From IMG/VR virus record IMGVR_UViG_3300042477_000769: DNA of 64,000 nt. One strand, written 5' to 3'. The position numbers were made by a program, and so were the translations under genes. A model generated the notes under the pieces. It was not told where the DNA came from, made no database searches, and saw only the letters and a list, made by a program, of their open reading frames with translations. This document shows positions 46,846 through 55,703 of this stretch, one piece after another; positions within the stretch are counted from its first letter, which is position 1, and every line of letters begins with the position of its first letter. This DNA is from a virus (lineage: Duplodnaviria > Caudoviricetes).

Positions 46846-47379
46846 ATGGAAAATACTGCTCCTGCTCGTGAATTTAGAATCCGAACTAATTTCCACATTC
46901 GTGTCCCTCAAGTAAGATTGGTGGATAGTGATGGAACTAATTTAGGAATTATTGCTACTAAAGACGCCATTAAAATGGCACAAGATAAAGCTTTAGATTT
47001 AGTAGAGATAAATCCGAGATCTGTTCCACCAGTGTGCAAAATTATGGATTATGGTAAATTTAAATATGAAGAAAAGAAAAAAGCTCAGGCAGCCAAGAAA
47101 AATCAACAAGTTCAAGAGTTAAAAGAACTTACTTTTCGACCTAATACGGATGTAAATGATTTAGCTCATAAAGTTGCCCAAGCTAAAGGTTTCTTATCTG
47201 AAGGAAATAAAGTTAAATTTACTATTAAATTCCGAGGCCGAGAAATTACCCATTTAGACATTGGGCGTGAAAAAATAACTTGGATTGCTCAACAATTACA
47301 AGGCTTAGTGGTAGCTGGAGCGCAACCATTTTTAGAAGGTAAATTTATGACTATTACCTTTTTGCCTGTTAAAAAATAA
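46846..47379 (+). CDS. infC: Translation initiation factor IF-3
   Basis: N..IRVPQVRLVD, LDLVEI, PPVCKIMDYGKFKYE, VKFTIKFRGRE. Confidence 0.96.
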   Translation: MENTAPAREFRIRTNFHIRVPQVRLVDSDGTNLGIIATKDAIKMAQDKALDLVEINPRSVPPVCKIMDYGKFKYEEKKKAQAAKKNQQVQELKELTFRPNTDVNDLAHKVAQAKGFLSEGNKVKFTIKFRGREITHLDIGREKITWIAQQLQGLVVAGAQPFLEGKFMTITFLPVKK

Positions 47380-47411
47380 TAACTTAAGTTATATTAATTC
47401 CATAGGAATCT

Positions 47412-48128
47412 ATGGTTCAAGGAATTATTTTAACTGGTGGTACGGGTAGTCGATTATTACCACAAACTAAATTGTTTAATAAGCACATGTTAAGTCTCAA
47501 TGAGAGGTTTATCATTGACTACCCGTTAGCTTCGCTCAAACATCTTGGAGTAACAGACCTTATTGTCGTTTTAGGTGGCAACCATTTTAGTCAAGTAGTT
47601 GATTATATCAAAAATGGCGAAGAATTTGGCTTTAATAGTACCAATTACGTTTACCAAGAAAAACCTTCTGGAATTGCTCAAGCTATTAATTTATGCCAAC
47701 CCTTTATTAAAGGAAATTTTTCGGTAATTTTAGGAGATAATATTTATGAATGTCCGTTGACTTGGTCATCTGCGGATGATAGCCATGCACAAATTATGTT
47801 AGCAAATCATTCAGATTTGACTAGATTTGGTGTGGCTTCTATTAAGAACAATAAAATTGTTAATATTGTCGAAAAGCCAAAAACTCTCAATCAAAACTGG
47901 CTAAATTTAGCCATTTCTGGATGTTATTTTTTTACTCCTCAATTCTTTGATTATTTTAAAAATTTGCAGCCTAGTGCTCGTGGTGAATATGAAATCACAG
48001 ATATTATCTCTAAATATCTGGAACATGGAAAGCTAACTTATAGTATGGTCCATGGGCTATGGAGTGATGCTGGAACTCACGAATCAATTAATTTTATTAA
48101 CAATTACTTTTATCAGAAAAAATTATGA
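47412..48128 (+). CDS. rmlA: Glucose-1-phosphate thymidylyltransferase
   Basis: LTGGTGSRL, QEKPSGIAQA, LGDN, EKP, SARGEYEITD, WSDAGT. Confidence 0.9.
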   Translation: MVQGIILTGGTGSRLLPQTKLFNKHMLSLNERFIIDYPLASLKHLGVTDLIVVLGGNHFSQVVDYIKNGEEFGFNSTNYVYQEKPSGIAQAINLCQPFIKGNFSVILGDNIYECPLTWSSADDSHAQIMLANHSDLTRFGVASIKNNKIVNIVEKPKTLNQNWLNLAISGCYFFTPQFFDYFKNLQPSARGEYEITDIISKYLEHGKLTYSMVHGLWSDAGTHESINFINNYFYQKKL

Positions 48129-48949
48129 AAGTTTTTACTTTAGGCAAGGGATTTATTAGCGATCATTTAGAGTATCCCAATATTGCTGATAGAATGGATA
48201 CTAGCTCAAAAGCTATTAAATTATGGATAGATAAATATAAGCCCGAGGTCTTAATTAATTGTATTGGTAAGACTGGCCGGCCTAACGTGGATTGGTGTGA
48301 ATCCAATCAAGAAGAAACTGCTAAAATGAATACAGCGTTTCCTATTCTATTAGCCGATGTCTGTCAAGAAAAATCTATCCATTTAATCCAAATGGGCTCT
48401 GGTTGTATATTTTTTGGCCCTTCACCTCATGCCTTATCTACTTTAGATTCTGGCTGGACAGAAACAGATTTCGCTAATCCTCAGTCTTTTTATTCTAAAA
48501 GTAAATATGCTTGTGACCTGATGATAGGTCACATGAAACATGTTACTACTTTAAGAATTAGAATGCCTATTTCTGATAAAAATCACCCTCGAAATTTAAT
48601 TAATAAAATTAAGGGTTATCAACAAATTATTGATATTCCTAACTCGATGACCTTTATGTCTGACTTAGTAGAATGTATTAAATGGGTAATAAAAGGCTCT
48701 CAGACGGGAATCTTTCATGTAGCTAATCCTGAGCCAGTCACGGCAGCTCAAATTATGCAAGAATATCAAAAATATTTTCCATCTCATTCATTTTCTATTA
48801 TTGATGAGTCCAAATTAGACCAGCTCACCATAGCAAAAAGGTCTAATTGTATCTTAAATACTGACAAATTAAAACATGCCGGATTTCAGATGACTCCCTC
48901 AATAGAAGCGTTAAATAAATGTATGGAACAATATGTTAAATCTCTATAA
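48125..48949 (+). CDS. NDP-4-keto-6-deoxyglucose 3,5-epimerase/4-reductase (NRS/ER-like SDR)
   Basis: GKGFI, GKTGRPNVDWCE, SGCIF, YSKSK, LRIRMPI. Confidence 0.8.
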   Translation: MKVFTLGKGFISDHLEYPNIADRMDTSSKAIKLWIDKYKPEVLINCIGKTGRPNVDWCESNQEETAKMNTAFPILLADVCQEKSIHLIQMGSGCIFFGPSPHALSTLDSGWTETDFANPQSFYSKSKYACDLMIGHMKHVTTLRIRMPISDKNHPRNLINKIKGYQQIIDIPNSMTFMSDLVECIKWVIKGSQTGIFHVANPEPVTAAQIMQEYQKYFPSHSFSIIDESKLDQLTIAKRSNCILNTDKLKHAGFQMTPSIEALNKCMEQYVKSL

Positions 48950-48951
48950 TT

Positions 48952-49857
48952 ATGGGTAAATTATTAGATAATAATTATGTAGATCAAAAGTTATTATCTA
49001 GATCAATTAAAAGAATTGATAATTATGTTAATATGCTGACTCCAATTAGGTTCACCTGCCTAACTTGTGATTATGTGTGGAAAAGTGCGCCTAATAACAT
49101 TATTAACAATAAATCTAATTGCCCTCAATGCTCCAATCGAATAACCGCCTCCAATGAAGAGATAGACCAAGCTTTACTGGGCCGGACATTCAAAAGAATA
49201 AGCAATTACCTTAACAACCATACGAAAATTAAATTTCAGTGTTTATTAGATAATTTTATTTGGGAAACCACTAGCAAATCTATTCTGTTACTTCACAGTG
49301 GTTGTCCCAAATGTGCTAAAGTTAATAAGTTAACTAACGAGGATGTAGACCTTAAATTAAAAAATAAAAATATTCTTCGCTTACAAGATGTTATCAATTC
49401 GGCTACTAAAATATCCGTCCAATGCCTGACCTGTAGTTTTATATGGAATAGTTCTCCACATAATCTATTAACTAAAAATAGAGGTTGCCCCAAATGTAAC
49501 TTGCCGGGATCTAATGAAAAATCAATACTTACTATGTTGGATAGTTATTGTGTTTCTTATATGTCACAATATAATATAAGACATATAGATTCGGGAGCGC
49601 CAAATTATCGAATAGATATTTTTATTCCGGGCAAAAATTTAGCCATTGAGTATCATGGGCGGCAGCATTATCAACCCACTGGATTTGGCTCTAATAATCC
49701 TCAGTTATGTTTTACTAAACAAGTTCAGCGAGATTCATATTTACGCCAATTCTGTCAAAAAAATAATATTTCTCTTCTAGAAATAGATGGTAGAAAATAT
49801 TATGGTGTCAAATTAAAATCATACGTGATTAATCAAATCATTCCATTATTAAATTAA
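48952..49857 (+). CDS. Zn-ribbon-repeat endonuclease (DUF559/Vsr-like C-terminus)
   Basis: CLTC...W...CPxC repeats; IDIF...AIEYHGRQHY. Confidence 0.75.
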   Translation: MGKLLDNNYVDQKLLSRSIKRIDNYVNMLTPIRFTCLTCDYVWKSAPNNIINNKSNCPQCSNRITASNEEIDQALLGRTFKRISNYLNNHTKIKFQCLLDNFIWETTSKSILLLHSGCPKCAKVNKLTNEDVDLKLKNKNILRLQDVINSATKISVQCLTCSFIWNSSPHNLLTKNRGCPKCNLPGSNEKSILTMLDSYCVSYMSQYNIRHIDSGAPNYRIDIFIPGKNLAIEYHGRQHYQPTGFGSNNPQLCFTKQVQRDSYLRQFCQKNNISLLEIDGRKYYGVKLKSYVINQIIPLLN

Positions 49858-49868
49858 AAGGAAATAAT

Positions 49869-50063
49869 ATGTCAAATAAAAATGTTACTATTGCTTTAAA
49901 TGCGAGAAAAGATCGAGATGGGCAGGCGTTTTATGTAGGTAAGATCAAGGCACCGGTTCTGATCGACTGTACTCAAGGCGCGGTTTTTCTTATCTTCGTC
50001 TCTGATAAAGGTCAAGAAGAAATGCAAATTGCGTTAATGGATAATAAAGAGTTGGAGGATTGA
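49869..50063 (+). CDS. Small hypothetical protein
   Basis: AAGGA SD, 64 aa. Confidence 0.6.
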   Translation: MSNKNVTIALNARKDRDGQAFYVGKIKAPVLIDCTQGAVFLIFVSDKGQEEMQIALMDNKELED

Positions 50064-50064
50064 G

Positions 50065-50385
50065 ATGGCTCTTCATTTTGAAGATGTATGGGAAGAGGGC
50101 GAAAAATTACATACTGCTGATAATTCCTCGACTGAAGCGATTTTGGAAGAACTGTTATTGAAAATAAATTTGTATAAGGTTATTTCTTCAAAATCTGAAA
50201 TTCCATTAGAAGAATCTAAAAAGATAAAATCTCGCACTATGGGCGAGATCTTATTAACAATGGCGCATCTATCTTTAAAAGAAGATATTAATGTCTTTCA
50301 AGCACTGAAAACAGCCAATCAATACCGGGCAGCGGAGAATCTTTCTAAGATACCTAAAGAACTAAAACTGCCCGGTCGAAAATAA
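50065..50385 (+). CDS. Hypothetical protein, possibly MazG-like
   Basis: EELL...MGEILL pattern only weakly matches. Confidence 0.45.
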   Translation: MALHFEDVWEEGEKLHTADNSSTEAILEELLLKINLYKVISSKSEIPLEESKKIKSRTMGEILLTMAHLSLKEDINVFQALKTANQYRAAENLSKIPKELKLPGRK

Positions 50386-50721
50386 TCAGCCTAATACTTC
50401 GAAAGTATAAGCTTGTTGCACTTTATTTTCATCTGTTAGCTTTTGTAAAGTAGCTTGAATAATGTTAGCTGCGGCTTGAGATTGTTGACCTTCTTTAAAT
50501 CTAATGTACATCGTACCTCCACGAGCAAAACATTGTGCTAATGTTTTTTGTACATTAAGGGGTAAAGCATCATACAACACTTTGCCTGCATTTTTTTGAG
50601 TAGGCACTGGCTTTAAACTATTAGGTGGGGGTAATTGTTGAGCCAATTTATTAATTATTTTTTGTTGGTTATCAGCAATAGTAACTAACTTCTCAATCAT
50701 TTTCTTGGTATCCATTATCAT
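50386..50721 (-). CDS. Hypothetical protein with N-terminal QQxxxxKLAQ motif
   Basis: AAGGAG SD; KLVTIADNQQKIINKLAQ. Confidence 0.7.
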   Translation of the reverse strand: MIMDTKKMIEKLVTIADNQQKIINKLAQQLPPPNSLKPVPTQKNAGKVLYDALPLNVQKTLAQCFARGGTMYIRFKEGQQSQAAANIIQATLQKLTDENKVQQAYTFEVLG

Positions 50722-50746
50722 TCTCCTTATTAGTAATAACTAAATA

Positions 50747-51148
50747 TTAATATTTTTTACCTGCTGTTTTGGGAGCCGGATCTTTAAAAATCATTCCAAC
50801 TCGACCATCCAGCTCTGGTTTCTGAGCAGCAATTTGTTTTTCAAAATTAGTTTTAAATAGCATTCTAGCATTTTCTGGAATAACTCCAGTCACAATATAA
50901 GTGCTACTGATGACAATGTTGCTATTATCTGGGCTCGTTCCACCCGGAATATATTCTATTGACTCTGGAGTCATACCTGGCACGCCAGAATTAACTGCTG
51001 CTGTCATCCAAGTTTTGGATAAATATTTTTTATTACCTTCAATATCCTCTTTATCTTCTGATAATTGAGCTAATTTTGTCAGCAACATTTGTTGTTTTTC
51101 TGCCAATTTAAATAACTTGGTCAAGATTAATTTATCTTTAGCACTCAT
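50747..51148 (-). CDS. Hypothetical protein with N-terminal QQxxxxKLAQ motif
   Basis: AAGGA SD; KLFKLAEKQQMLLTKLAQ. Confidence 0.7.
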   Translation of the reverse strand: MSAKDKLILTKLFKLAEKQQMLLTKLAQLSEDKEDIEGNKKYLSKTWMTAAVNSGVPGMTPESIEYIPGGTSPDNSNIVISSTYIVTGVIPENARMLFKTNFEKQIAAQKPELDGRVGMIFKDPAPKTAGKKY

Positions 51149-51162
51149 AATAGTCCTTATGG

Positions 51163-51609
51163 TTATTTTCCATTCAATGCTTGTTTTAATAAGTAAACCG
51201 ACTCTTCTCTTTTAGAGGCAATAGCCATGATCATATCATCTAGCCCGAGAGTCATCTTGCCTTCTTTTTTTAAACATTCATAGGCTGACGCAGAGAAAGT
51301 TATAAAATCTTTCTCGACCTCCATAGACATTTCCTTAGGAGAGCCTTCTAAATTACTATACTTTGATAGTATTTTATTAACTAATTCCGTTTGGAAATCG
51401 TAATTCATGATTTCTTCGCCTAAAACTCCAATAAATTTTTCGGCGGCCAAATCTAAATCTTCAGAAGCTGATTCATATAATCTTTTAAATAGTAAATGGT
51501 CTCCATAAAAATTGGAACCTTTGGTAGTCCAATGATTATGCTGATGAATTAACGCCATACATTTTAAAGTGGCGACATATAGCGCGGCAATTTTATTACA
51601 TTTATCCAT
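51163..51609 (-). CDS. Dps/ferritin-like protein
   Basis: HQHNHWTTKG..FYGDHLLFKRLYE, DLAAE. Confidence 0.75.
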   Translation of the reverse strand: MDKCNKIAALYVATLKCMALIHQHNHWTTKGSNFYGDHLLFKRLYESASEDLDLAAEKFIGVLGEEIMNYDFQTELVNKILSKYSNLEGSPKEMSMEVEKDFITFSASAYECLKKEGKMTLGLDDMIMAIASKREESVYLLKQALNGK

Positions 51610-51733
51610 AAATCCCTATTTTTCTTAATGCCATTTAATATAATTTTATTAGTATGTCAGCTTATCTATCCTATTATGTCAGATAGGTGCCGCTGTTTAT
51701 CTTATAAAAACAAACCCTGGATTAAAAACAAAT

Positions 51734-52168
51734 TTGGGAACTGACTCTCGACAAATGAACGGGGGATATTATAGGGGGACTTATGTTATATTTGATCTTA
51801 GGAGAAGCCCATCGGAGTATAATGTGAAAAAACCTAAAGTAGTAAGTTTCTTTCAATTTAAAGATCTTACTTATCAACAAGTAGTAACTGAAATTAATAA
51901 AGAGTTACCTATTAATCTTAAACATAATGAAGAGTTAGTGGATAGGATCCATAAAAAATATCCCATATTAACTAAAACAGAAATCAGCATTATTGTCAAA
52001 GCTGTGTTTCAATCTTTACGCGATTTATTGTTATTAGGAAAGGTATTAAATTTTAATACCTTATTTTTTGATACTAAATTGTATTTTTTTACCCATCTTA
52101 GGGACGGCAATATATTACCTGCACTGAAAGTACAGATGTCGACTCCCCCACCATTGAGGAAAATATGA
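51734..52168 (+). CDS. HU/IHF-like DNA-binding protein (start uncertain)
   Basis: ELVDRIHKK...LTKTEISIIVKAVFQSLRDLLLLGKVL. Confidence 0.55.
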   Translation: MGTDSRQMNGGYYRGTYVIFDLRRSPSEYNVKKPKVVSFFQFKDLTYQQVVTEINKELPINLKHNEELVDRIHKKYPILTKTEISIIVKAVFQSLRDLLLLGKVLNFNTLFFDTKLYFFTHLRDGNILPALKVQMSTPPPLRKI

Positions 52169-52482
52169 GTGCTAAATTAGAAGAATTTGATGTAGAAATT
52201 GATGAAAGTTTAAATATTAATCTTAATGATATTAAGGATAAAATTCCTACCTTCACCTCCGCTAAATTATGTGAAATCATTGTCTGTGATAGATATTTTG
52301 GGTCTTATCCAGAATTAGCGGTATTAAGTATGCAAGAATTATCTACTCGCCGTATTAATGGCGATACTTTTGATTTTGAAGCCTATATAGATAATTCGTT
52401 TAAAGAATTACCCAAATTAGATTTTTCTTTACCTGACATTGGTAATGTTATGAGGCAATTTGCCGGAAAATTCAAACCATGA
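52165..52482 (+). CDS. Hypothetical protein
   Basis: 105 aa, ATGA-coupled. Confidence 0.7.
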   Translation: MSAKLEEFDVEIDESLNINLNDIKDKIPTFTSAKLCEIIVCDRYFGSYPELAVLSMQELSTRRINGDTFDFEAYIDNSFKELPKLDFSLPDIGNVMRQFAGKFKP

Positions 52483-53003
52483 ACCTGGAATTAAGAGAAC
52501 AAATTGTTAAACATATATTAGCTAATTTAGCTATTATTCCTTCTACTTATGTTGCTTTGGATAAAAGTAAATCCTTGAAAGGTCAAGAATTTCTGTTACC
52601 TGAAAAGATCAATTTTCAAGATGAACATGGCCATGTATTATCTAATAAATTGTGGGGATGTCAATTTGCTGCGGAACAGCAAGAATTAAAAATATTATTG
52701 GTAGATTGCTCTACTTCTACAGATATCCCAGAGTATGCGGTCCTAGTATCATTAAAAAACCAGCCCATGTATGGAGTTTATTTAGTTGATAACTCCGAGG
52801 TAGAGTCGGAGGCTTTAATTGCCGTATCTTTAAATGGTAAAGATTGGTTAGAAGCTAATACTTATATTCAATCTACTTTTTTATCTGCAATGGAAAATAT
52901 TAAATCTATGGGGTTAGCTTGGTCAAAATGTCAAGAGTACCAAGACAATTTATCTCATTTATTACAGTTTATTAAATTTCATTCTTATGTCTACGGTGAA
53001 TAA
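52479..53003 (+). CDS. Hypothetical protein
   Basis: 174 aa, ATGA-coupled. Confidence 0.7.
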   Translation: MNLELREQIVKHILANLAIIPSTYVALDKSKSLKGQEFLLPEKINFQDEHGHVLSNKLWGCQFAAEQQELKILLVDCSTSTDIPEYAVLVSLKNQPMYGVYLVDNSEVESEALIAVSLNGKDWLEANTYIQSTFLSAMENIKSMGLAWSKCQEYQDNLSHLLQFIKFHSYVYGE

Positions 53004-53452
53004 TGCGAGGGAAAAAGAAAGATACCCAATTCATTACACAATTTATAACGCAGTGCGTTAGCCAAGGATATTCTCAACAAGAGGAGATGCTAACTATAGC
53101 AAAACATAAAATTGAAGAAATAGATTCTATAATTAAAGAAGCGGAAATAAAAAAAATAGAAAGATCCAAATTATTGGATGTAATTGAGTCTTTAATGTCA
53201 GAACAGGTTAAGTGTGAAGACGATCAAATATTACCACTATATAATATTCAGTATCCTGAAATTAGTCGACAAGTCTGTCATTTAATTAAAACTAAACCTA
53301 TTAGCATTTCTGACATCCAAAATGTTTCTAAAGAGAATATGTTATTTTGTCTTAAACAACTAGTAGAGAATAAAGTTATTTATAAATCAGGAAATTTTTT
53401 ATTACGAGGGGACAACTTTGATAAGTATTTAACTCGGGTTCTTAAAGAGTAA
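53003..53452 (+). CDS. Hypothetical protein, possible C-terminal winged helix
   Basis: LKQLVENKVIYKSGN. Confidence 0.6.
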   Translation: MRGKKKDTQFITQFITQCVSQGYSQQEEMLTIAKHKIEEIDSIIKEAEIKKIERSKLLDVIESLMSEQVKCEDDQILPLYNIQYPEISRQVCHLIKTKPISISDIQNVSKENMLFCLKQLVENKVIYKSGNFLLRGDNFDKYLTRVLKE

Positions 53453-53455
53453 ATT

Positions 53456-53782
53456 ATGTTTAGCGAATCAATAAGTAAAAAGAAACTATGGCAGTATGTT
53501 AACATTAAGATTAACAGAACTATTCATCATTACCATGTATTTAGCGTTATCTCTCTTTTATTTGAAGAGATTTTATCTGAATTAAAAGATAAGGGTGAAA
53601 TTAAAATTCATAATTTTGGTGTACTTTCCTTAAAACACTTGAAGCCTCGTCATTATTTTGATATTACTCGACAACAAGTCATGAGATCTAATGGATATCG
53701 AATTTTAAGATTTACGCTGGCGCCTCGGCTAAAGAAAAAAATTATTTCGTACCTTGACACCTCTACTAAGGAAATTACATGA
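53456..53782 (+). CDS. HU/IHF-like DNA-binding protein
   Basis: EEILSELKDKGEIKIHNFGVLSLKHLKPR...LRFTLAPRLK. Confidence 0.7.
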   Translation: MFSESISKKKLWQYVNIKINRTIHHYHVFSVISLLFEEILSELKDKGEIKIHNFGVLSLKHLKPRHYFDITRQQVMRSNGYRILRFTLAPRLKKKIISYLDTSTKEIT

Positions 53783-54153
53783 GAAAAGGCCATCGACCCA
53801 CGGTTTACGTGTGCATACATTATTCTCAAAAAATCCACTCCGTAGTGGAAGCTGGTACCCCAGCCGACGCTTCGGATAATTTTATAAAAGAATTTACGGT
53901 GAAGCCCGACGAAATTTTGGGGCCGTTCTTTAAGAAGAAACCGCCGCTAGTTGAGTCGACTGCTAATTTGATATTTACCAATCAAACTAAAAATGCAGTA
54001 TATAACGATTGGTTAGTCACTGCTTTCTTATTGAAAGAACCTGCAGAGACAGCATTTTTAGTCTTCTTAAAAAGACTTGATGGTAAAAAAGTTCCACTGC
54101 CTACGGGCACTATTACTGTTCCTATTCACGATTTGAGGTTTATTGAATGTTAA
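53779..54153 (+). CDS. Hypothetical protein
   Basis: 124 aa ORF in operon. Confidence 0.65.
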   Translation: MRKGHRPTVYVCIHYSQKIHSVVEAGTPADASDNFIKEFTVKPDEILGPFFKKKPPLVESTANLIFTNQTKNAVYNDWLVTAFLLKEPAETAFLVFLKRLDGKKVPLPTGTITVPIHDLRFIEC

Positions 54154-54500
54154 CTAAATTATTTACAGAACAAATTAAAAAGAAACTTCTCTCTGACCAA
54201 GAAGAGATCTTACAGAGAGTTTCCCATCGAGCAGATGTTGATACCGATGGCGATGAAGGTGATGAAATACAAGGTAATATGATTATTGAAATGCAAAATC
54301 AATTAAATTCTCGAGATCGAGACAAATTATCCAAAATTACTGAAGCCTTATCTCGAATTGATACTCAAGAATATGGAATCTGTGAAGATTGTGGAGAAGA
54401 AATTTCAGAAAAAAGATTAAATATCAACCCACATTTCATTACATGTATTCTTTGTGCAGAAACTAGAGAGATCGAACAAAAACAGAAACGGAGAGTGTGA
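54147..54500 (+). CDS. dksA: DksA/TraR C4 zinc-finger protein
   Basis: DEGDE coiled-coil tip, ALSRI...YGICEDCGEEI...CILC. Confidence 0.88.
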   Translation: MLTKLFTEQIKKKLLSDQEEILQRVSHRADVDTDGDEGDEIQGNMIIEMQNQLNSRDRDKLSKITEALSRIDTQEYGICEDCGEEISEKRLNINPHFITCILCAETREIEQKQKRRV

Positions 54501-54501
54501 A

Positions 54502-55086
54502 TTGAATACTATTGTATTAGAAGCTACTGAGCATGGCGATATGCCAATTGATGTGTATCAAAAACTTTCTAATGATAGAATTCTCTTTATCTCTGATGAG
54601 ATTCATGATTCATTAGCGGCAGATATTGCAGCTACTCTTTTGCTAAAGGATGCTGAAGATTCAGATAAGAAAATTACTTTATTTATCAATTCACATGGCG
54701 GAGATATTCGTAATGTTTTGATGATTTGTGATATGATGAATATGATTTCCGCGCCTATTGAGACTGTCTGTGTTGGATCGGCGATGGATGAAGCGGCTAT
54801 TATTTTATCTTCTGGAACTCCTGGCATGAGATTCGCCACAAAAAATGCAGTTATTTCTGCTGGTCAATTAGTTAATACTTGGATGGTCAGATCTAATTTA
54901 ACAGATGCCAAAAAGAATTTGGAGCTTATTACTACTGATAATAAAAGAATGATGGAAATTCTAGCCAAAACTTCTAATAAAACTCTTAAACAGGTTATGT
55001 CTCATTTTGAGAGGCGAGTGTTTATGAATTCGCATCAAGCGATGAAATTTGGTTTAATTGACAAGGTAGTAGCTCTCAAAAAATGA
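54502..55086 (+). CDS. ClpP-fold protein lacking catalytic Ser/His (ClpR-like)
   Basis: DRILFI, FINSHGG; GSAMDEAA and ISAGQ replace GxAASM and MIHQP. Confidence 0.8.
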   Translation: MNTIVLEATEHGDMPIDVYQKLSNDRILFISDEIHDSLAADIAATLLLKDAEDSDKKITLFINSHGGDIRNVLMICDMMNMISAPIETVCVGSAMDEAAIILSSGTPGMRFATKNAVISAGQLVNTWMVRSNLTDAKKNLELITTDNKRMMEILAKTSNKTLKQVMSHFERRVFMNSHQAMKFGLIDKVVALKK

Positions 55087-55676
55087 GGAAAAATATGAAA
55101 AACCATTCTGAACATTTAGCTATGCCCCATTTTTCAAGGTATTCTGACACTTATATTAAATTATCTAAACATAGAGTGATCTTTGTGGCTGAAGATTTTA
55201 CCGCTAAAATGGGAGCCGATTTGTCGGCGGTGTTATTATATTTAGACCATGAAGATCATGCCGCTCCTATTGAAATTTATATTCATTCTCAAGGGGGTGA
55301 AATTTCTGGATTATTTAATATTTATGATGTTATTCAGATGATTTCCGCTCCAGTTAAAACTATCTGTGTTGGTAAATGTTATTCTGCTGGAGCAATGTTA
55401 TTGGCCGCCGGAACCAAAGGGCAACGTTTTGCCATGAAAAATTCTAGCATTATGATTCATGGAATTCAAATGGGATTTCCTATTCCAGGAGAAGATACGA
55501 CCAATTCTAAGAATTTATTTAAATATTTAGAAGAGCATAATGATAGTTTTATTAAAATATTAGCTAATCATACTGGACATTCTTTCGAAAAAGTCAAACA
55601 AGATTGTTTGCAAGATTTATGGATGACGCCAAAACAAGCCTTAGAGTATGGGATTATTGATGGAATAATCCAGTAA
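55083..55676 (+). CDS. clpP: ClpP protease proteolytic subunit
   Basis: YIHSQGG, CYSAG (Ser), IMIHG (His), QDLWM (Asp), YGIID. Confidence 0.9.
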   Translation: MRKNMKNHSEHLAMPHFSRYSDTYIKLSKHRVIFVAEDFTAKMGADLSAVLLYLDHEDHAAPIEIYIHSQGGEISGLFNIYDVIQMISAPVKTICVGKCYSAGAMLLAAGTKGQRFAMKNSSIMIHGIQMGFPIPGEDTTNSKNLFKYLEEHNDSFIKILANHTGHSFEKVKQDCLQDLWMTPKQALEYGIIDGIIQ

Positions 55677-55703
55677 TATGGATTTTTTAGATAGTTCAAT
55701 AAA

